Shown: positions 41,381 to 56,171, counted from the stretch's first letter. The stretch is 64,000 nt of DNA from Octopus vulgaris (GCA_951406725.2 OX597821.1:4836001-4900000), one strand, 5' to 3'. Program-made: numbers and translations. Notes: generated by a model not told the origin, from the sequence alone.

Positions 41381-42326
41381 CCAATATTGTATTCTACGGT
41401 CGCTGTATCCTTAGCACCTTCACTTCTGACAGCGTGCCCCTCTGCAGTACTACTCCAGACTTGAGTTGTCTCTTAATGTCTTCCAGCTACGGAACCTGAA
41501 TCAAATTCAAATGTCAAGTGGAGTAACAGAGTCTTCGAGAATGAGATTTTGGTTCCTGTGGAGATACTTATTTGTTTCCCTTTCTGCAGCAACGAAATCT
41601 TCGGGAGCTGTGCCAAGTACAGCGCATGGTAAATGTATGGATTCCTAAAAGCCTTCTGTAAAGTAACCTTAACTCCGGCACGAGAATATAAGTCTGTGGT
41701 TGTATGATGAGTTTTTTTCCATATCAAACTGTAAAATATATTCGTTGCTGAGATAGATGCTTACCTGGTATAGACAAATGCGTACATTCATTCCAAAACA
41801 TTCACATGTACTTACAAAGGTAACAAACAATCTCTACATTTGCACCCAGCAATTGTTATGTTCTACGTACGTACCACAAAAACTATTTTCATTATATTTG
41901 CTTTTTGTATTGATTATGTTACGTTGTTAAGCTTCGATCGATATTGGTTAGATATGTTTTTCTGCATTCTAAATGCTACAGCTTGTTGCATTTTCCGATT
42001 ATATTGGATTCTGTCACTATTTATTTCGTGTTATTGCATTATATTTCTCTGCCATTTTCTTATATTTTTACATATTTCTTACATTGCATTATATTGTCTA
42101 ACGCTGGTTCTTACGCATTGTTGTATTGTGTTAAATAGTTCCATTTTGCCGTGTTACTGCTTGACTCTGCATCTACTAATTGACTTTATACATACATCCT
42201 CTCTATTTACGTCCACCAAAAGCACGTAAATCTCATCTTATTATATGTATGTCCTGCGGTTAATATGCACTACCTAATGTGTTACACTGGGCCACATGGT
42301 AAATGTTAATTCCTATTCGGTACATA

Positions 42327-42550
42327 TACGAGGGGTCGCTGAAAATTACCTGGCTTTGGATAAAAGTAAATACAGGAACATTCAGTTAATTATGTTTTAT
42401 TAAACATATACCCCTCTCAGATTGACACACGTATTCCAGCACTCTGTCAGTTTTTCTAAGCCCTGTAAAAGAACTCCTTAATTTGCGCCTCCAACCAGGC
42501 CTTTCACGATGCCCAGGTTTTAAACCCAGGAACATTCAGCACCTCACCTA
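42327..42550 (-). mobile_element. Mariner-derived MITE
   Basis: TIRs tacgaggggtcgctgaaaattacctggcttt and aaacccaggaacattcagcacctcaccta; internal relic of the transposase C-terminus. Confidence 0.7.
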
Positions 42551-42791
42551 TTAAATGGCACTGTTTGTCCGTCCTCTAAAACAATATAAATCTCCCTTGT
42601 TAATATGTACCACATTCAGGGTTGCTATTTAATGGGTTATACAGTGTCATTTGGTTCATTGGCAGATGTTAATTTCTTCTAGATGCATCGGTTACTTAGC
42701 AGTGTATCACCGCCTCATTCTGTTTCTACATGCTCCGAAAGGATGGACTATTTAATTATTAGATTTAGCTACTTTGGCTACTATATATTTT

Positions 42792-43118
42792 GGCACTCCG
42801 TCGGTTACGACGACGAGGGTTCCAGTTGATCTGATCAAAGAAATAACTTGCTCGTGAAATTAGCGTGCAAGTGGTTGAGCACTCCATAAACGCGTGTACC
42901 CTTAACATAGTTTTCAGGTTCAACAGAAACAGGAAGAAAGAATGAGAGAAAGTTGTGGTGAAAGAATGCAGCAGAGTTCACCACTACCCACTACCGGGGC
43001 CTCGTAGAGCTTTAGGTATTTTTGCTCAATAAACACTCACAACGCTCGGTCTGGGAATCGAAACTGCGATCGTATGAGCGCGTGTCCGCTGCCCTAACCA
43101 CTGGGCCATTGCGCCTCC
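42792..43118 (-). mobile_element. tRNA-derived SINE family A, full length
   Basis: Head ggaggcgcaatggcccagtggttagggcagc; 3' tail ggaaccctcgtcgtcgtaaccgacggagtgcc shared with 57346-57669. Confidence 0.85.
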
Positions 43119-43382
43119 GCGCTACTTTATATAACAAAGAATATTCTCTATCATATGGCTGGTAATACCGAAATAGTACTTATAACCATTATTGGTAGTA
43201 TTAGGTAGGTAAAGATGCAATTGTAATTATTTGATAATTAGCCATTGTTTTCATTGAAAAAATATTTATTGCAAATATGTAAATAAGAAATGTTTTATTC
43301 AAATTAATTTCAATCGAATAAACATATTAATTTCAATATACGTATTGATTTCTTTAGTATTCATTCGCCATGAAATGTTTGA

Positions 43383-43475
<93 letters not shown>

Positions 43476-43573
43476 GTTGTTGTTGTTGTTGTTGTTGCTG
43501 TTGTTATTATCGTCATTATTATTATTATTATCATCATCATCATCGTCATCATCATCATCATCATCATCATCAT
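43383..43573. repeat. (ATT)n/(GTT)n/(ATC)n compound microsatellite
   Basis: Directly visible. Confidence 0.95.
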
Positions 43574-43574
43574 T

Positions 43575-44128
43575 GAGTGAGAGAGCAGTGCATGCCATCA
43601 AAGTGACACTGGAGTAAAATATACGAAGCCCAGTACACCCATCATGACTTCATGTCTGATAAGGGTCACCAGGCTCATGCATCACAACCATATGTGCGCG
43701 ACATGGTGATCTCATATCAAGATAAACAGCGCATGACCTTGCGGATGGGGCCCAGTTAGAATTTTCTTCTGGTTTAGTAGCCCATCCCATTCAAAACGTC
43801 CCTGAATAAGGATTGTTTAAAGATATTGAACGAACCACCCATTTTTCCAAAGATGAATTATCCAAACCTTCAAGAATTCCTTTCAACACAAGGCTATGAT
43901 GCTCCCCCACTACTCCTGCTCTTGATCAGAGATGCACATATCGTCAGCCACTAAGGGACATGCTCAACTGGTTAACGTCAAATAACTGACAAGCAAATCT
44001 GTGGTATTGAGCAGAACATTTGCTGTAGCCCTTCGTTTATACCAAGGGAAAACAATGTACATGATAACACTTCCACGCAATTAAGATCAGAAGCCACGAG
44101 AGCCACTGCCTTGTACTGCATCAAGGCA
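43575..44128 (+). repeat. Unclassified interspersed element of about 550 bp embedded in ATT/ATC microsatellite
   Basis: Homologous to 19890-20258; trinucleotide tracts on both sides; no ORF. Confidence 0.75.
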
Positions 44129-44225
44129 TTTTATTTTTATTATCATCATCATCATCATCATCATTATTATTATTACTATTATTATTATCATTATTATTAT
44201 TATTATTATTATGATTATGATTATG

Positions 44226-44261
<36 letters not shown>

Positions 44262-44306
44262 ATTATTACTGCTATTGTTGTAAAGGGCATAAGAAATAGA
44301 CAACCA

Positions 44307-44351
<45 letters not shown>

Positions 44352-45999
44352 GTGGGAGTGAAACGGAGCTATATTCAATAAAAGGTGAGTTTTTTTACTT
44401 TAGAAATAACCAGATATTTGAAAGATAGCCAAAACTAAGCCCTCTTCCAATTTATTGAAGCATCTTCATAAATCTACACCATTCGTTTTTCGCCAGTAGA
44501 ACATGGAATTCTTTTTTTCTATTTAACATGTTATATTTAACCACTTTCTCTCTAGCTAATAAACAACTAATCTCTGATTTGTTTTGACAGTATTATCTCG
44601 ATAATAATGCTGGAGAGAATTTTCAATTATTAACAGTTTGTCGTTATATTGTCCGCTTAAAATTAAATCAGATTAATTCATGTGTATTTTGTAGGACATA
44701 TGTGAAGCTGAAAAAAATGTTGAACGAAATCTGAAAAGAAATGCATATCGTCTGGAATTCTTTTCATGCATTTGCTGTTGCTGAGGCATACACACGATTG
44801 ATAAATAGATACTGGATATGTTTGAATCATTGTACCTTTGTATTATCCATGTATATGAAATGTTTACCTATCGACAATATAGAATTCTATACGTTTGTAT
44901 GAATTGATGCAGCGTACTGTTTCATTGCAGCCGAATTGTTTCCTTGTAGTCATATGATCAAAGGAATTCCACAATGCTCACGTTATTTACTTTATAAGTA
45001 AAGCGAGAGATATCTGGCTACTCATTTAAGAAGGAAGAAGCAACACACTGGGGTCCTTCCCAATAGCATATTTTCGTGGATAATTTTCGGTTAAAAGCTG
45101 ACGGTGTACTGCAGACAAGGAATGGTCTGCGCCTGCGCAGAAAAATTTGAAAAGTTAGGTCGTATGTACACGGGACAGATAACCTAATTTGTCTCGTGTA
45201 GATAGCTTGGTTCCGGTTGACGAAAATCAGTCCTTGTGAGATCTCTATGACTCACTAAAAGAAGATTAGAAACCAATTGGTCCAGGAATCTAGACGGTAA
45301 ATGCTTTTAATTTCCAAATATATTCCTGTCGAATTTTATCCCCAATTTTTGATGGTTATAGAACTTAGCTGTTCTGTCTAGCGCGTAGAATCTCTATAAG
45401 TGGATCCTCTATGTATTTAAATATACACTATTTTATATATATGTATATATATATATATATATCATCATCATCATCAAAGACATGATAATATTGGGTATAA
45501 TTTTCTTCTAATGCTGTTGCACGTGTTTGATGCGAATTAAAAATTTATTGCGTTAAATTTGACGTAATTTTTCTGCGCGTCTAATTCTCAAATGTTTTAT
45601 GATATATGATCAACGGTGGAAACTGAGAAATATTTATAGTTCTGCAGAAGTTTGAAACTTGAAAGTAATTTATAAATTGATAGACATATTAATATACCTT
45701 TCAGCTAGTGTTCCATAAATATTCACTAAAACTTTAGTGATCATTAGCAGTTCTTCGGTTTAGTCAGTGAAATGTTTGAAAGGAGGGTGAAACGACATTT
45801 CTGGGGTCATAAAAGCTTAATATAGAAAAGTAAGACAACAAAATAGTAGAGAAACAGAAATTGTAAACAAAGATATAATGCGATTTCAAACTTTGGCACA
45901 GTGCCATCAATTTCGGGAAGGGGTGAAGTCGATTACATCGACCCCATTGCTCAACTTGTACTTATTTTGTAGACCCCGAAAGGTTGTAAGAAAGCCGTC

Positions 46000-46113
<114 letters not shown>

Positions 46114-46465
46114 ATGTTCATGAGTATGTATATGTGTGGCTGTGTTAGTCTGCTCCACCATCGCCTGAGAACCGTTATTGGTGTGCTTATGACCCCGTAT
46201 CTTAGCGGTTCGGCAAAAGGCACTGATAGCATAAGTAGTAGGCTTACAAAGAATAAGTCCTGGGAACGATTTGTTATATGTATTATATGTGTGAATTATA
46301 TATATTATGTTCCCACATTCTTTTACTTGTTTCACACACACACATACATACATATATACATACATATATATTTGTGTGTGTGTGTGTGTCTTTTTGTGAC
46401 CACGTGTGTACCGTTGGCGATATTTTTCCTCCGTCTTCCCTTCTTTGGATCTTTCCTTCTCCTAT

Positions 46466-46500
46466 GTTTCCGACGAAGAGCTCCGCTCGAAACGTTAAAC
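46466..46500 (+). ncRNA. Minimal type I hammerhead ribozyme motif (U4C variant) in an element of about 200 bp (46400-46602)
   Basis: gttt-CCGACGA-a-gagc tcc gctc-GAAA-cg-TT-aaac; stem I gttt/aaac, stem II gagc/gctc; element ends at (TA)n. Confidence 0.65.
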
Positions 46501-46600
46501 CCTCCTTCTGTCCTTTTTTCCTGAGCAACCAATAATACTATACTTGTTCCACGTCCTCGCGTTGTTGTGCTTTCTCTTTGTGTTTTCATGTTTGGACTAA

Positions 46601-46658
<58 letters not shown>

Positions 46659-46815
46659 GACAGCTTTCTTCAAGTTTCCGTCTACCAAATCCGCTGACAT
46701 GGATTTGGTGGGCTCGAGATTATAGTAGAAGACACTATCCCAAGCTGCAACGCAGTGGGACTGAACCCGGAACCAAGTGGTTGGGAAGCAAGCCTCTTAC
46801 CACTCAGCCATATAT

Positions 46816-46888
<73 letters not shown>

Positions 46889-46977
46889 TAAACATACATA
46901 TATACATATATATAATCTATGTAACAATGTGAATCTTCCTCGCAGGTATATGTGTATATGTTTAGGAGTCGAATATG

Positions 46978-47206
46978 TTTACTACCCACAAGGTGCTAAA
47001 CATAGAGGGGACGAACAAGGACAGACAAAGGGATTAAGTCGATTACATCGACCCCAGTGCTTAACTGGTACTTAATTTATCGACCCCGGAAGGATGAAAG
47101 GCAAAGTCGACCTCGGCGGAATTTGGACTCGGAACGTAACGGCAGACGAAATACGGCAACGCATTTCGCCCGGCGTGCTAACGTTTCTGCCAGCTCGCCG
47201 CCTTAA

Positions 47207-47277
<71 letters not shown>

Positions 47278-47931
47278 TGTGTGTGTATGTTCATGTGTAT
47301 GTGTATGTGTGTCTGTGTTAGTCCCCTCCACCATCGCCTGACAACCGATATTGATGTGTTCCCAGTTCCAGTTCAATGTTTATATATTTTATATGGAAGG
47401 CCAAGTCGAGCTCGGCAGAATGTGAACTTAGACAATGAAGACGGACAAAATGCCGCCAATTATTTTGCGTGGTATCTACTATGCGAGCACGCCACCTTAA
47501 ACTAAGTTATGAATTAATATATAAACACGTTCTTCGTTCAAATATGCGTCGGACATATTCGAATCCGTACAAATGTCATTCACTGTATTTTGTCATGAAG
47601 ACATTTTGCTGGCTAATTATAACTATAATTAGCTAGCTAATCATAAGCATTGCAGCTATTGGTGTAGTTCTGAACTCCGAGAAACAGGTGCCACACTTCA
47701 AATGTCATGCATTTTTCTTTTGTTTTCTGTATTTTTTCTCCGTGTAAACAGACCAAATTAGTTCGAAGCGATCCGATCCAGATTGACGGATGCTTGCCTT
47801 TTGGATTGCTTATTCCCTCTCTGCATCAGACACTGGAAGGGGGAGGCGAAACGGACTGGCCTGAGACAAGTCTCTTTTATTATAATGTAGTCAACCAAGT
47901 GTCTCGAGTCGACCAAATTCTTGTGTGGCCA

Positions 47932-47971
<40 letters not shown>

Positions 47972-48201
47972 CTTTACTACCCACAAGGTGCTAAACATAG
48001 AGGGGACGAACAAGGACAGACAAAGGGATTAAGTCGATTACATCGACCCCAGTGCTTAACTGGTACTTAATTTATCGACCCCGGAAGGATGAAAGGCAAA
48101 GTCGACCTCGGCGGAATTTGAACTCGGAACGTAACGGCAGACGAAATACGGCAACGTATTTCGCCCGGTGTGTTAACGTTTCTGCCAACTCGCCGCCTTA
48201 A

Positions 48202-48260
<59 letters not shown>

Positions 48261-48330
48261 TTCATGTGTATGTGTATGTGTGTCTGTGTTAGTCCCCTCC
48301 ACAATCGCCTGACAACCGATATTGATGTGC
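46978..48330. repeat. Local duplication of a composite SINE C(-) + (TA)(TG)n + SINE B unit (46978-47360 and 47972-48330)
   Basis: Near-identical sequence, including the junctions gccgccttaaatata and gttcatgtgtatgtgtatgtgtgtctgtgttagtcccctcc. Confidence 0.9.
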
Positions 48331-48723
48331 TTCTGTCACCGTAACCTAGCGGTTCGGCAAAAGAACTGATAGAATAAGTACTAGGCTTACAAACAATGAG
48401 TCCTAAGGACGATTCTTTTGACTAATGGTGGTGCTCCAGCATGGCCGTATTCAATGACTGAAACAAGTAAACGAATAAAATAACATAATATTTCTAATAC
48501 ACACAAATAATACATATAACAAATCGTCCCCAGCACGTATTCTTTGTAAGCCTAGTACTTATTCTATCAGTCTCTTTTGCCGAATCGCTAGGTTACGGAG
48601 ACATAAGCATATCAATATCGGTTGCCAGGCGATGATGGGGGACTAACACAGACACCCATATACATGCACTCACACGCACACGCACATACACATATATATT
48701 ATTTATATTCTATCATATATATG

Positions 48724-48776
<53 letters not shown>

Positions 48777-48912
48777 CACAGCCTTCTTTCAGTTTCCGTC
48801 TACCAAATCCACTCACAAGGATTCGGTCGGCTCGAGGCTATAGTAGAAGACACTTGCCCAAGCTGACACACAGTGGGACTGAAACCGTAAACATGTGGCT
48901 GGGAAGCAAGTT

Positions 48913-48915
<3 letters not shown>
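48280..48915. mobile_element. Tail-to-tail inverted pair of family B SINEs
   Basis: + copy at 48280-48480 and - copy at 48525-48915. Confidence 0.85.
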
Positions 48916-48965
<50 letters not shown>

Positions 48966-49783
48966 AGTGTGAGAATCGTCGTGTTTGGGCGGAGATGTTT
49001 GTAATATTATATCAGGTAATAAATGTTTGTAATAAAGCTCAGTGGGAAGACGAAAAGAAAATTTATATAACAGTCAGAAATATTGATAGAAACAGTAGAC
49101 AAAGCGGTGAAGCTAGTTCATAGAAATCGAAGGGTGTGGTGTCTGCTAATGCAGGTTTGGTGATGGGGTAAATTGGACGATGAAATAACAGTAGCGACGT
49201 TGTATTAAATGAATTGAGAATGATGACTTCGAACTCGTTCAGACAACAGTTGAACACAATTTTTGTGGTACACAAAACACTCGACAATGAAACGTCTCCT
49301 GGTATTCGGAGTAATACCGAAAATTCAATCATATTGGTAAAGCAAAGATTCACACACACACACACATTTATTATACACAAACACACAAACATATATGCAT
49401 ACATAATATATATATATATTATGTATATTTATGTTTGTATATATATATATATATATGTGTATGTGTGTATACATGCGTACAATGTGTTTCTATGTATGTG
49501 TATGTATATACACGTGTATGCATACATGTAGCTATATACATATATAGTATATATATATATCCATAGATCTATGGGCGTATATATAATGTATGTGAAATAT
49601 CGGCGTGTATGGACATATATTTAAATCTTTGTGAATATTGTATTGATGTTTCTGCTCTTGTGTAAGTTAATATCTAAAAAATGTTTGTTTGTATATGTGA
49701 GTATGTGAGTGTGCGTGTGCATGGGTTTGTGCGTATGTGCGTGTGTGTGTGCATGCGTGTGCGTGTCTAAGTGTGTATGTGTG

Positions 49784-49850
<67 letters not shown>

Positions 49851-50576
49851 CTCTTCGTGTCTGTATGTACTTATAAGTTTTTATGTACAAAATTCTAAAA
49901 TTTTTGAAAGGAACTATATCGATGTTTCTTAGCAATAGTACATTTATATCTAAATGGTATATATAAATAAGACAATGTGTTTGTGTGTGAGTGTGTGAGT
50001 GTGTGTGTGCGTCTGTGTGCGTCTGTGTATTTACGCACGATTATTAATCCGGCACAAAACAATTATTTCATGAAAAAAGCCTAAACTAAACCACCCTTTA
50101 ACACACATACGCTCATTTATACAAACACAAAGTATTTCACTAAGATGGAACAATTTCTATAAATAAAGCGAAACAAAGAAAATCCACCAGACACAAAACC
50201 TATATAAATTCTAAAATGGAAATAGAAAACTATAATATAAACGAATAGCAAAATCAAACTTTGAGATTCCAATAAAGAAAAAAAAAATAAGAAGAAGGAA
50301 CTGCGAATAAAATGGAGAAAAATACGGAGCGGGAAAAATAAGAGAAAGAATGGAAGAAATATGAAAATATATAATAAACATTTACTACACTAATGGGTAA
50401 AAGAATAGAAGACAAATAAAAATCGTAAATTACAGCTTCAATGGTTCTCGGTCATGTAAAATCGTTGGAATTAAGGATTGGCATAAATGGGTATAAATGT
50501 TATTCGGTATGTTTTTAGTGTTCCCAACATTGTGATTATGTTCGTACATATACGTATATGCGTAGATATAGTTTTA

Positions 50577-50635
<59 letters not shown>

Positions 50636-51115
50636 GTACATATAAGTATAAATAGATATAGATTTAAAGAGATAGATGCAGAGCTATAAACATACGTACA
50701 CTCTTATATACATATATATATATGTATGTATATATATATATATACATATACGTATAAGTATAAATAGATATAGATTTAAAGAGATAGATGCAGAGCTATA
50801 AACATACGTACACTCTTATATACATATATATATTTATGTATATAGACATATGTATGTGTAAGCAGATATATTGAACACACGTGGGTTTGTATGGGTGAGA
50901 GCTTTGACTTCGCCACAACCTTTTAGTGTTAATGCATTTGACGCACTTTACTTTTCAGATTGACAAATTTCTGAATTTACGGTTACATTTTTCATTTCTG
51001 CTTTACGCATTCTACGGTGGATTATTGTACATACAAACACACACACACACACACACAGACACACACGCACACGTTTGTGTGTGTACATATATATATACAT
51101 ATATGTGCGCGTAAT

Positions 51116-51218
<103 letters not shown>

Positions 51219-51355
51219 ACCTTCTTACGTTGGTTTTTATAAAATTTTCTTGTAATTCTTGTCACATTTGGATGATTTCGTTATTGACAAATATAATGAA
51301 ATAACTGCTAATGGTTCTCCTGTACTGTATAATATTTATGGTTCCGATTGAGGGC

Positions 51356-51405
<50 letters not shown>

Positions 51406-51708
51406 GTCTGTATGCATGTATGTATATATCACACCATCATGCATTCCTTAATTTGCATAATTTATGTACGTACAAATGTATACGGAAACAAAACACTGAA
51501 GTTCTTGTATATATATATATTATTCTATTATTGACAGCTGCCATGCTGGAGCATCGCCTTTAGTGGAGCACATCCACCACAGGACTTATTCTTAGTTTAG
51601 TGCTTATTCTATTGGTTGTCAAGTGATATTGGGGGACAAACAGACACACAGGCACGCACACATAAAAACACACACACACACGTATATATATATAAATGTT
51701 TATATACA

Positions 51709-51742
<34 letters not shown>

Positions 51743-51756
51743 GGTATGTATATATT

Positions 51757-52140
51757 ACTCTTTTACTCTTTTACTTGTTTCAGTCATTTGACTGCGGCCA
51801 TGCTGGAGCACAGCCTTTAGTCGAGCAAATCGAACCCGGGACTTATTCTTTGTAAGCCCAGTACTTATTTTATCGGTCTCTTTTGCCGAACCGCTAAGTG
51901 ACAGGGACGTAAACACACCAGCATCGGTTGTCAAGCAATGCTAGGGGGACAAACACAGACACACAAACACACACATACGACAGGCTTCTTTCAGTTTCCG
52001 TCTACCAAATCCACTCACAAGGCATTGGTCGGCCTGGGGCTATAGCAGAAGACACTTGCCCAAGATGCCACGCAGTGGGACTGAACCCGGAACCATGTAG
52101 TTGGTTAGCAAGCTACTTACCACACAGCCACTCCTGCGCC
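51757..52140 (-). mobile_element. Full-length family B tRNA-derived SINE
   Basis: Minus strand ggcgcaggagtggctgtgtggtaagtagcttgc..ggttccgggttcagtccc (A/B boxes) to the gactgaaacaagtaaaagagtaaaagag tail. Confidence 0.92.
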
Positions 52141-52476
52141 TATATATATGTATATATATATATAAATATATGTTTGTGTGTGAGTGTGTGTGTTGTTGTA
52201 TATATACTTTTTAACTCTATAACTAATTTCAGTTCTCAACCAGCGGGAATGATGGGGACTCACCGTTAGCTGTGCTACACCGTCATTATTTGAAACCGGC
52301 TACAATATGTGGCATCTGGCCCAATGAGGGAGCTTGATGCTGCCGTTGTTTGTTACCTGCCGTGAGGGAGGTTCATGAATGACACGTGACAGGAGATACA
52401 GTTTTGTTTTGAGAACTACATCCAGAACATGCAGATCTTTCAGGCATTTTGGAATGATATATATATGTATATATAA

Positions 52477-52521
<45 letters not shown>

Positions 52522-52586
52522 TAGATAGATATATATATATATAGATATATATATGCATGCATATATTTGCATACATATATATGTAT

Positions 52587-52651
<65 letters not shown>

Positions 52652-52676
52652 GAGAGAGAGATAGATAGATAGATAG

Positions 52677-52749
<73 letters not shown>

Positions 52750-52788
52750 GGATAGATAGATGAATCGGCAGGCAGAGAGACAGATAGA

Positions 52789-52830
<42 letters not shown>

Positions 52831-52832
52831 TA

Positions 52833-54215
52833 CAAAATAGAAAAGAGTGAAAAAACTACAGAAGGCTAGTTTTATAGGGTTAAAGAATATATTTAAGTCG
52901 TTATGTTAGATAATGTTATAAATTTTGCATATAGTAACATAGTTTTTGGAGAAATTACCGATTTCGTGTTAACTTTTCAAATTTCTCAAATGTCTTTACC
53001 TACATCGTGTCATGTCTTCGTTATGAAGTGCAAAGAAGAGTTCCAGGCAGGGGGAGGTAATAAAGGATTTCTTCCTGTATAAGGGAGATAATCGTTTTAT
53101 ATTTCTTTTCCCCTTTTTTAATGAGATGAGTTTCTCTGTATAAGAATGTTAGGATGGTTAAGTTCAGGCTTATATTTTTCAATGAAGAATGTTTCCTTGT
53201 TTAATCTAATTTGTGTTGGTGTTCCAATAGCATACTGATAGAATGGAAAGATTAAAAATTGTGGTAGTAGTTTCTTTGTGCATTTCTCAATATACTCACT
53301 AAAGGGTGTCATTCTGTATTCTGGGAATGCAATCTGTTGCCGATGCAGAGTGCATCTACGTCTGAGTGATAGTCCCGTGGATCCCACGTAGTCTTGGTGG
53401 CAGCCCGAGTATCTTATGACATAAATTATGTTTTCAGAAGCACAAGTAAAATTAGATTTGATCTTGAATTTCTGTCCCTCTTTGAAAAGGAATTCTGATC
53501 CTTCTAGAAGGTTTGGGCATGTTGCGCAGTTCGGTCTACCACATTTTTTTACTTTTGCATCCGTAATTTCAGAAAACAATTTTGCCTTTGTGAGAATCTT
53601 TTTAAGTGATTTAGGTTGTTTGTAGCTTTTAATGATTTTATGTATGTTTAGAATTTCCTTTAATTTGGGGTCCTTATGAAGTATTTGTAAATTCTGGGTG
53701 ATGATGGTGAAGGCGTTTTTGTTTCTGGGGTTGTATGTGGATATGTAAGGCAGTATTTTCGGGGAAGGTGTGTTGTTGTGTTGAACTTTTCTCAAAGTTT
53801 CTATGTCGATTTCTGTTCCACGTCTGATGCCATCCTTTATGAGTTGAACTGGGTAGTGTCTGTCAATTAGGGTGTTTTTGAGTTCTTGTAGTTTAAAGTT
53901 CCTAGTATTTTGTTCTGACACTATTGTGCATATCTTTCTTGCAAGGTTGAAAGGATGTTTGTTTTAGTGTGTCTCGGGTGTTTTAGTGTGTCTTTAGTGT
54001 GTCTCAAAAAGTAGGTATTGTTTGGCGTCTGTGGCTTTGTAAAAAATGTCTATTTCTATTTTTAGGTTAATTTTTTTAATCAGTATATCTAAGAATGGAA
54101 GCTCCTTTTGGTTGTATTCCATTGTGAACTGTATATTTCGGTTGATGCTGTTCAATAGGTTTTTGAATTTTGAGAGTTTATCTGTGTTTTCATTCCAGAG
54201 TATAAAACAAATTTT
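52833..54215 (-). mobile_element. 5'-truncated Penelope-like element with Cys-rich linker, in (TA)n
   Basis: CFILWNENTDKL..IQFTMEYNQKELPFLDILI..FYKATDAKQYL; decayed terminal HHR at 52949-52987. Confidence 0.92.
53118..53921 (-). pseudogene. PLE linker and GIY-YIG endonuclease reading frame
   Basis: KKCGRPNCATCP..FTCASENIIYVIRYSGCHQDYVGSTGLSLRRRCTLH..RLNKETFFIEKYKPELN. Confidence 0.9.
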
Positions 54216-54257
54216 CAAGGAATACGAAAGTATGTATGCATTATATAATTTATATTT

Positions 54258-54297
<40 letters not shown>

Positions 54298-54302
54298 TAT
54301 AC

Positions 54303-54353
<51 letters not shown>

Positions 54354-54970
54354 TATACATATAAATATATGTATATATATATATATATATGCATATATAG
54401 ATAAATGTATAAATATAAATTATATAATGCATACATACTTACGTACATATGTGTACATATTTATGCATATTTATCCATATATATATATATGTAAATGTGT
54501 GTGTGTATATATATATAAATACACATACATACATATATGAATTTATTCATACATTCATAAATGAATATATGTACATATGTTTGTGTGTCTGTATGTATAT
54601 ACGTAATCATGTACGTATGTGTGTATGCATGTATGCATGTATGTATGTATGTATGTATATATCGTCCAAATTTCCTATTGTCTAGTTAAATAAGACAATA
54701 TTTGATAAAAGCCCATTTTGTTCTCTAAAGAGTTCTTTACGGTTTTTTGCCTTAATTTTGGTCTGCCGTATAAAATATTTTATTTTCCCACAAAATCTTT
54801 CTTTACATCTTTTGTTTTTATCTTGTTAGTAATAAACAAACTTAGACGAACAATTAGAACTAAATCGCTGGTATTTATTTGCTATTAAGGATGTACACAC
54901 AGGCTTTCATATGATTATGGGCATATATTAAGAAAAAATGGCGGACAACATGTCGCAATAACTTAAATAG

Positions 54971-55011
<41 letters not shown>

Positions 55012-55173
55012 TATATATATACATATATATTTATTAAGGTATATGCCTGGCTGTCTGCTGTGTTGTTATATACACATATACTGGGCGTAGTTAACATATG
55101 TATGTGAATGCATGTAAGTATAAATTCATATTTTTGGGCATATACTGTGTACCTATATATATACTAGCACTGA

Positions 55174-55274
<101 letters not shown>

Positions 55275-55757
55275 GATAGAGGGAGAGAGAAAAACCGGTA
55301 TGTAGACAGTATTACATATATTTAGAGATTGTGATTTTGTGTCTTACCGTGTTGATATGCATGTTAGCTTATATTGTGTGAAATTAATATATGTACGTAT
55401 ATGCGTAAATATAAACACCTATACTTGTACTAAAATTAAAACCGCAATCACACGCATACACACATCGCGCGCACATTCACACATACGCACGTTCCCACAC
55501 ACACACACACAAACACACGCATATATATCAATATAAAGCAAACAAAATAGAGAGAAGGAAGGTTTTAAGAAATCGAAATTCAGGTAGAGAAGGGAGAAGC
55601 GGAAAGAGAGTGAAAGAGAGAGGAAGAGAGAAGAGAGAGAATAATATACGCCTTCTCTAACACCTTCGAAAACGCTTACACATGTGACAGTGACAGGATA
55701 CATGTACTTAAAAAATATAGTCATCGATTTATTGCAACATTAGCAATAAGATTCATG

Positions 55758-55815
<58 letters not shown>

Positions 55816-56097
55816 TATGTATGTATACTTATATAGATATATATATACATATATATATATATATGTATGTATATTCATATAGATATATTTTTATATATAC
55901 ACGTGTTTATATACACACATATATAATGCACATTGATGCGCTTTATTCTTCTGTTCCCATGCATATATCAGAGTGTGTATATGTTCATTATTAACTTGCT
56001 CGTAGTATTTGTCTATAATTCTCAATGTAAATCTCGATAGTGAACATAATTATGTGCATCTGGTTATAGTATAGCACATATACATACACGTCTGTAT

Positions 56098-56171
<74 letters not shown>

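Noticed and set aside
44695-44784. Possible terminal exon after ttttgtag encoding DICEAEKNVERNLKRNAYRLEFFSCICCC*
   Set aside because: Only 30 codons, with no recognisable homology or partner exons; compatible with chance. It would need RNA-seq support.
48961-49350. Possible solo LTR (starts with TG, contains AATAAA)
   Set aside because: No clear terminal CA with TSD and no second copy in the window.
50641-50840. Short tandem duplication with a period of about 112 bp
   Set aside because: Real but ordinary slippage within TA-rich sequence; no additional structure.
52238-52310. Hairpin followed by GAAACCGG resembling an HHR
   Set aside because: No CUGANGA core, UH site or stem I partner visible.
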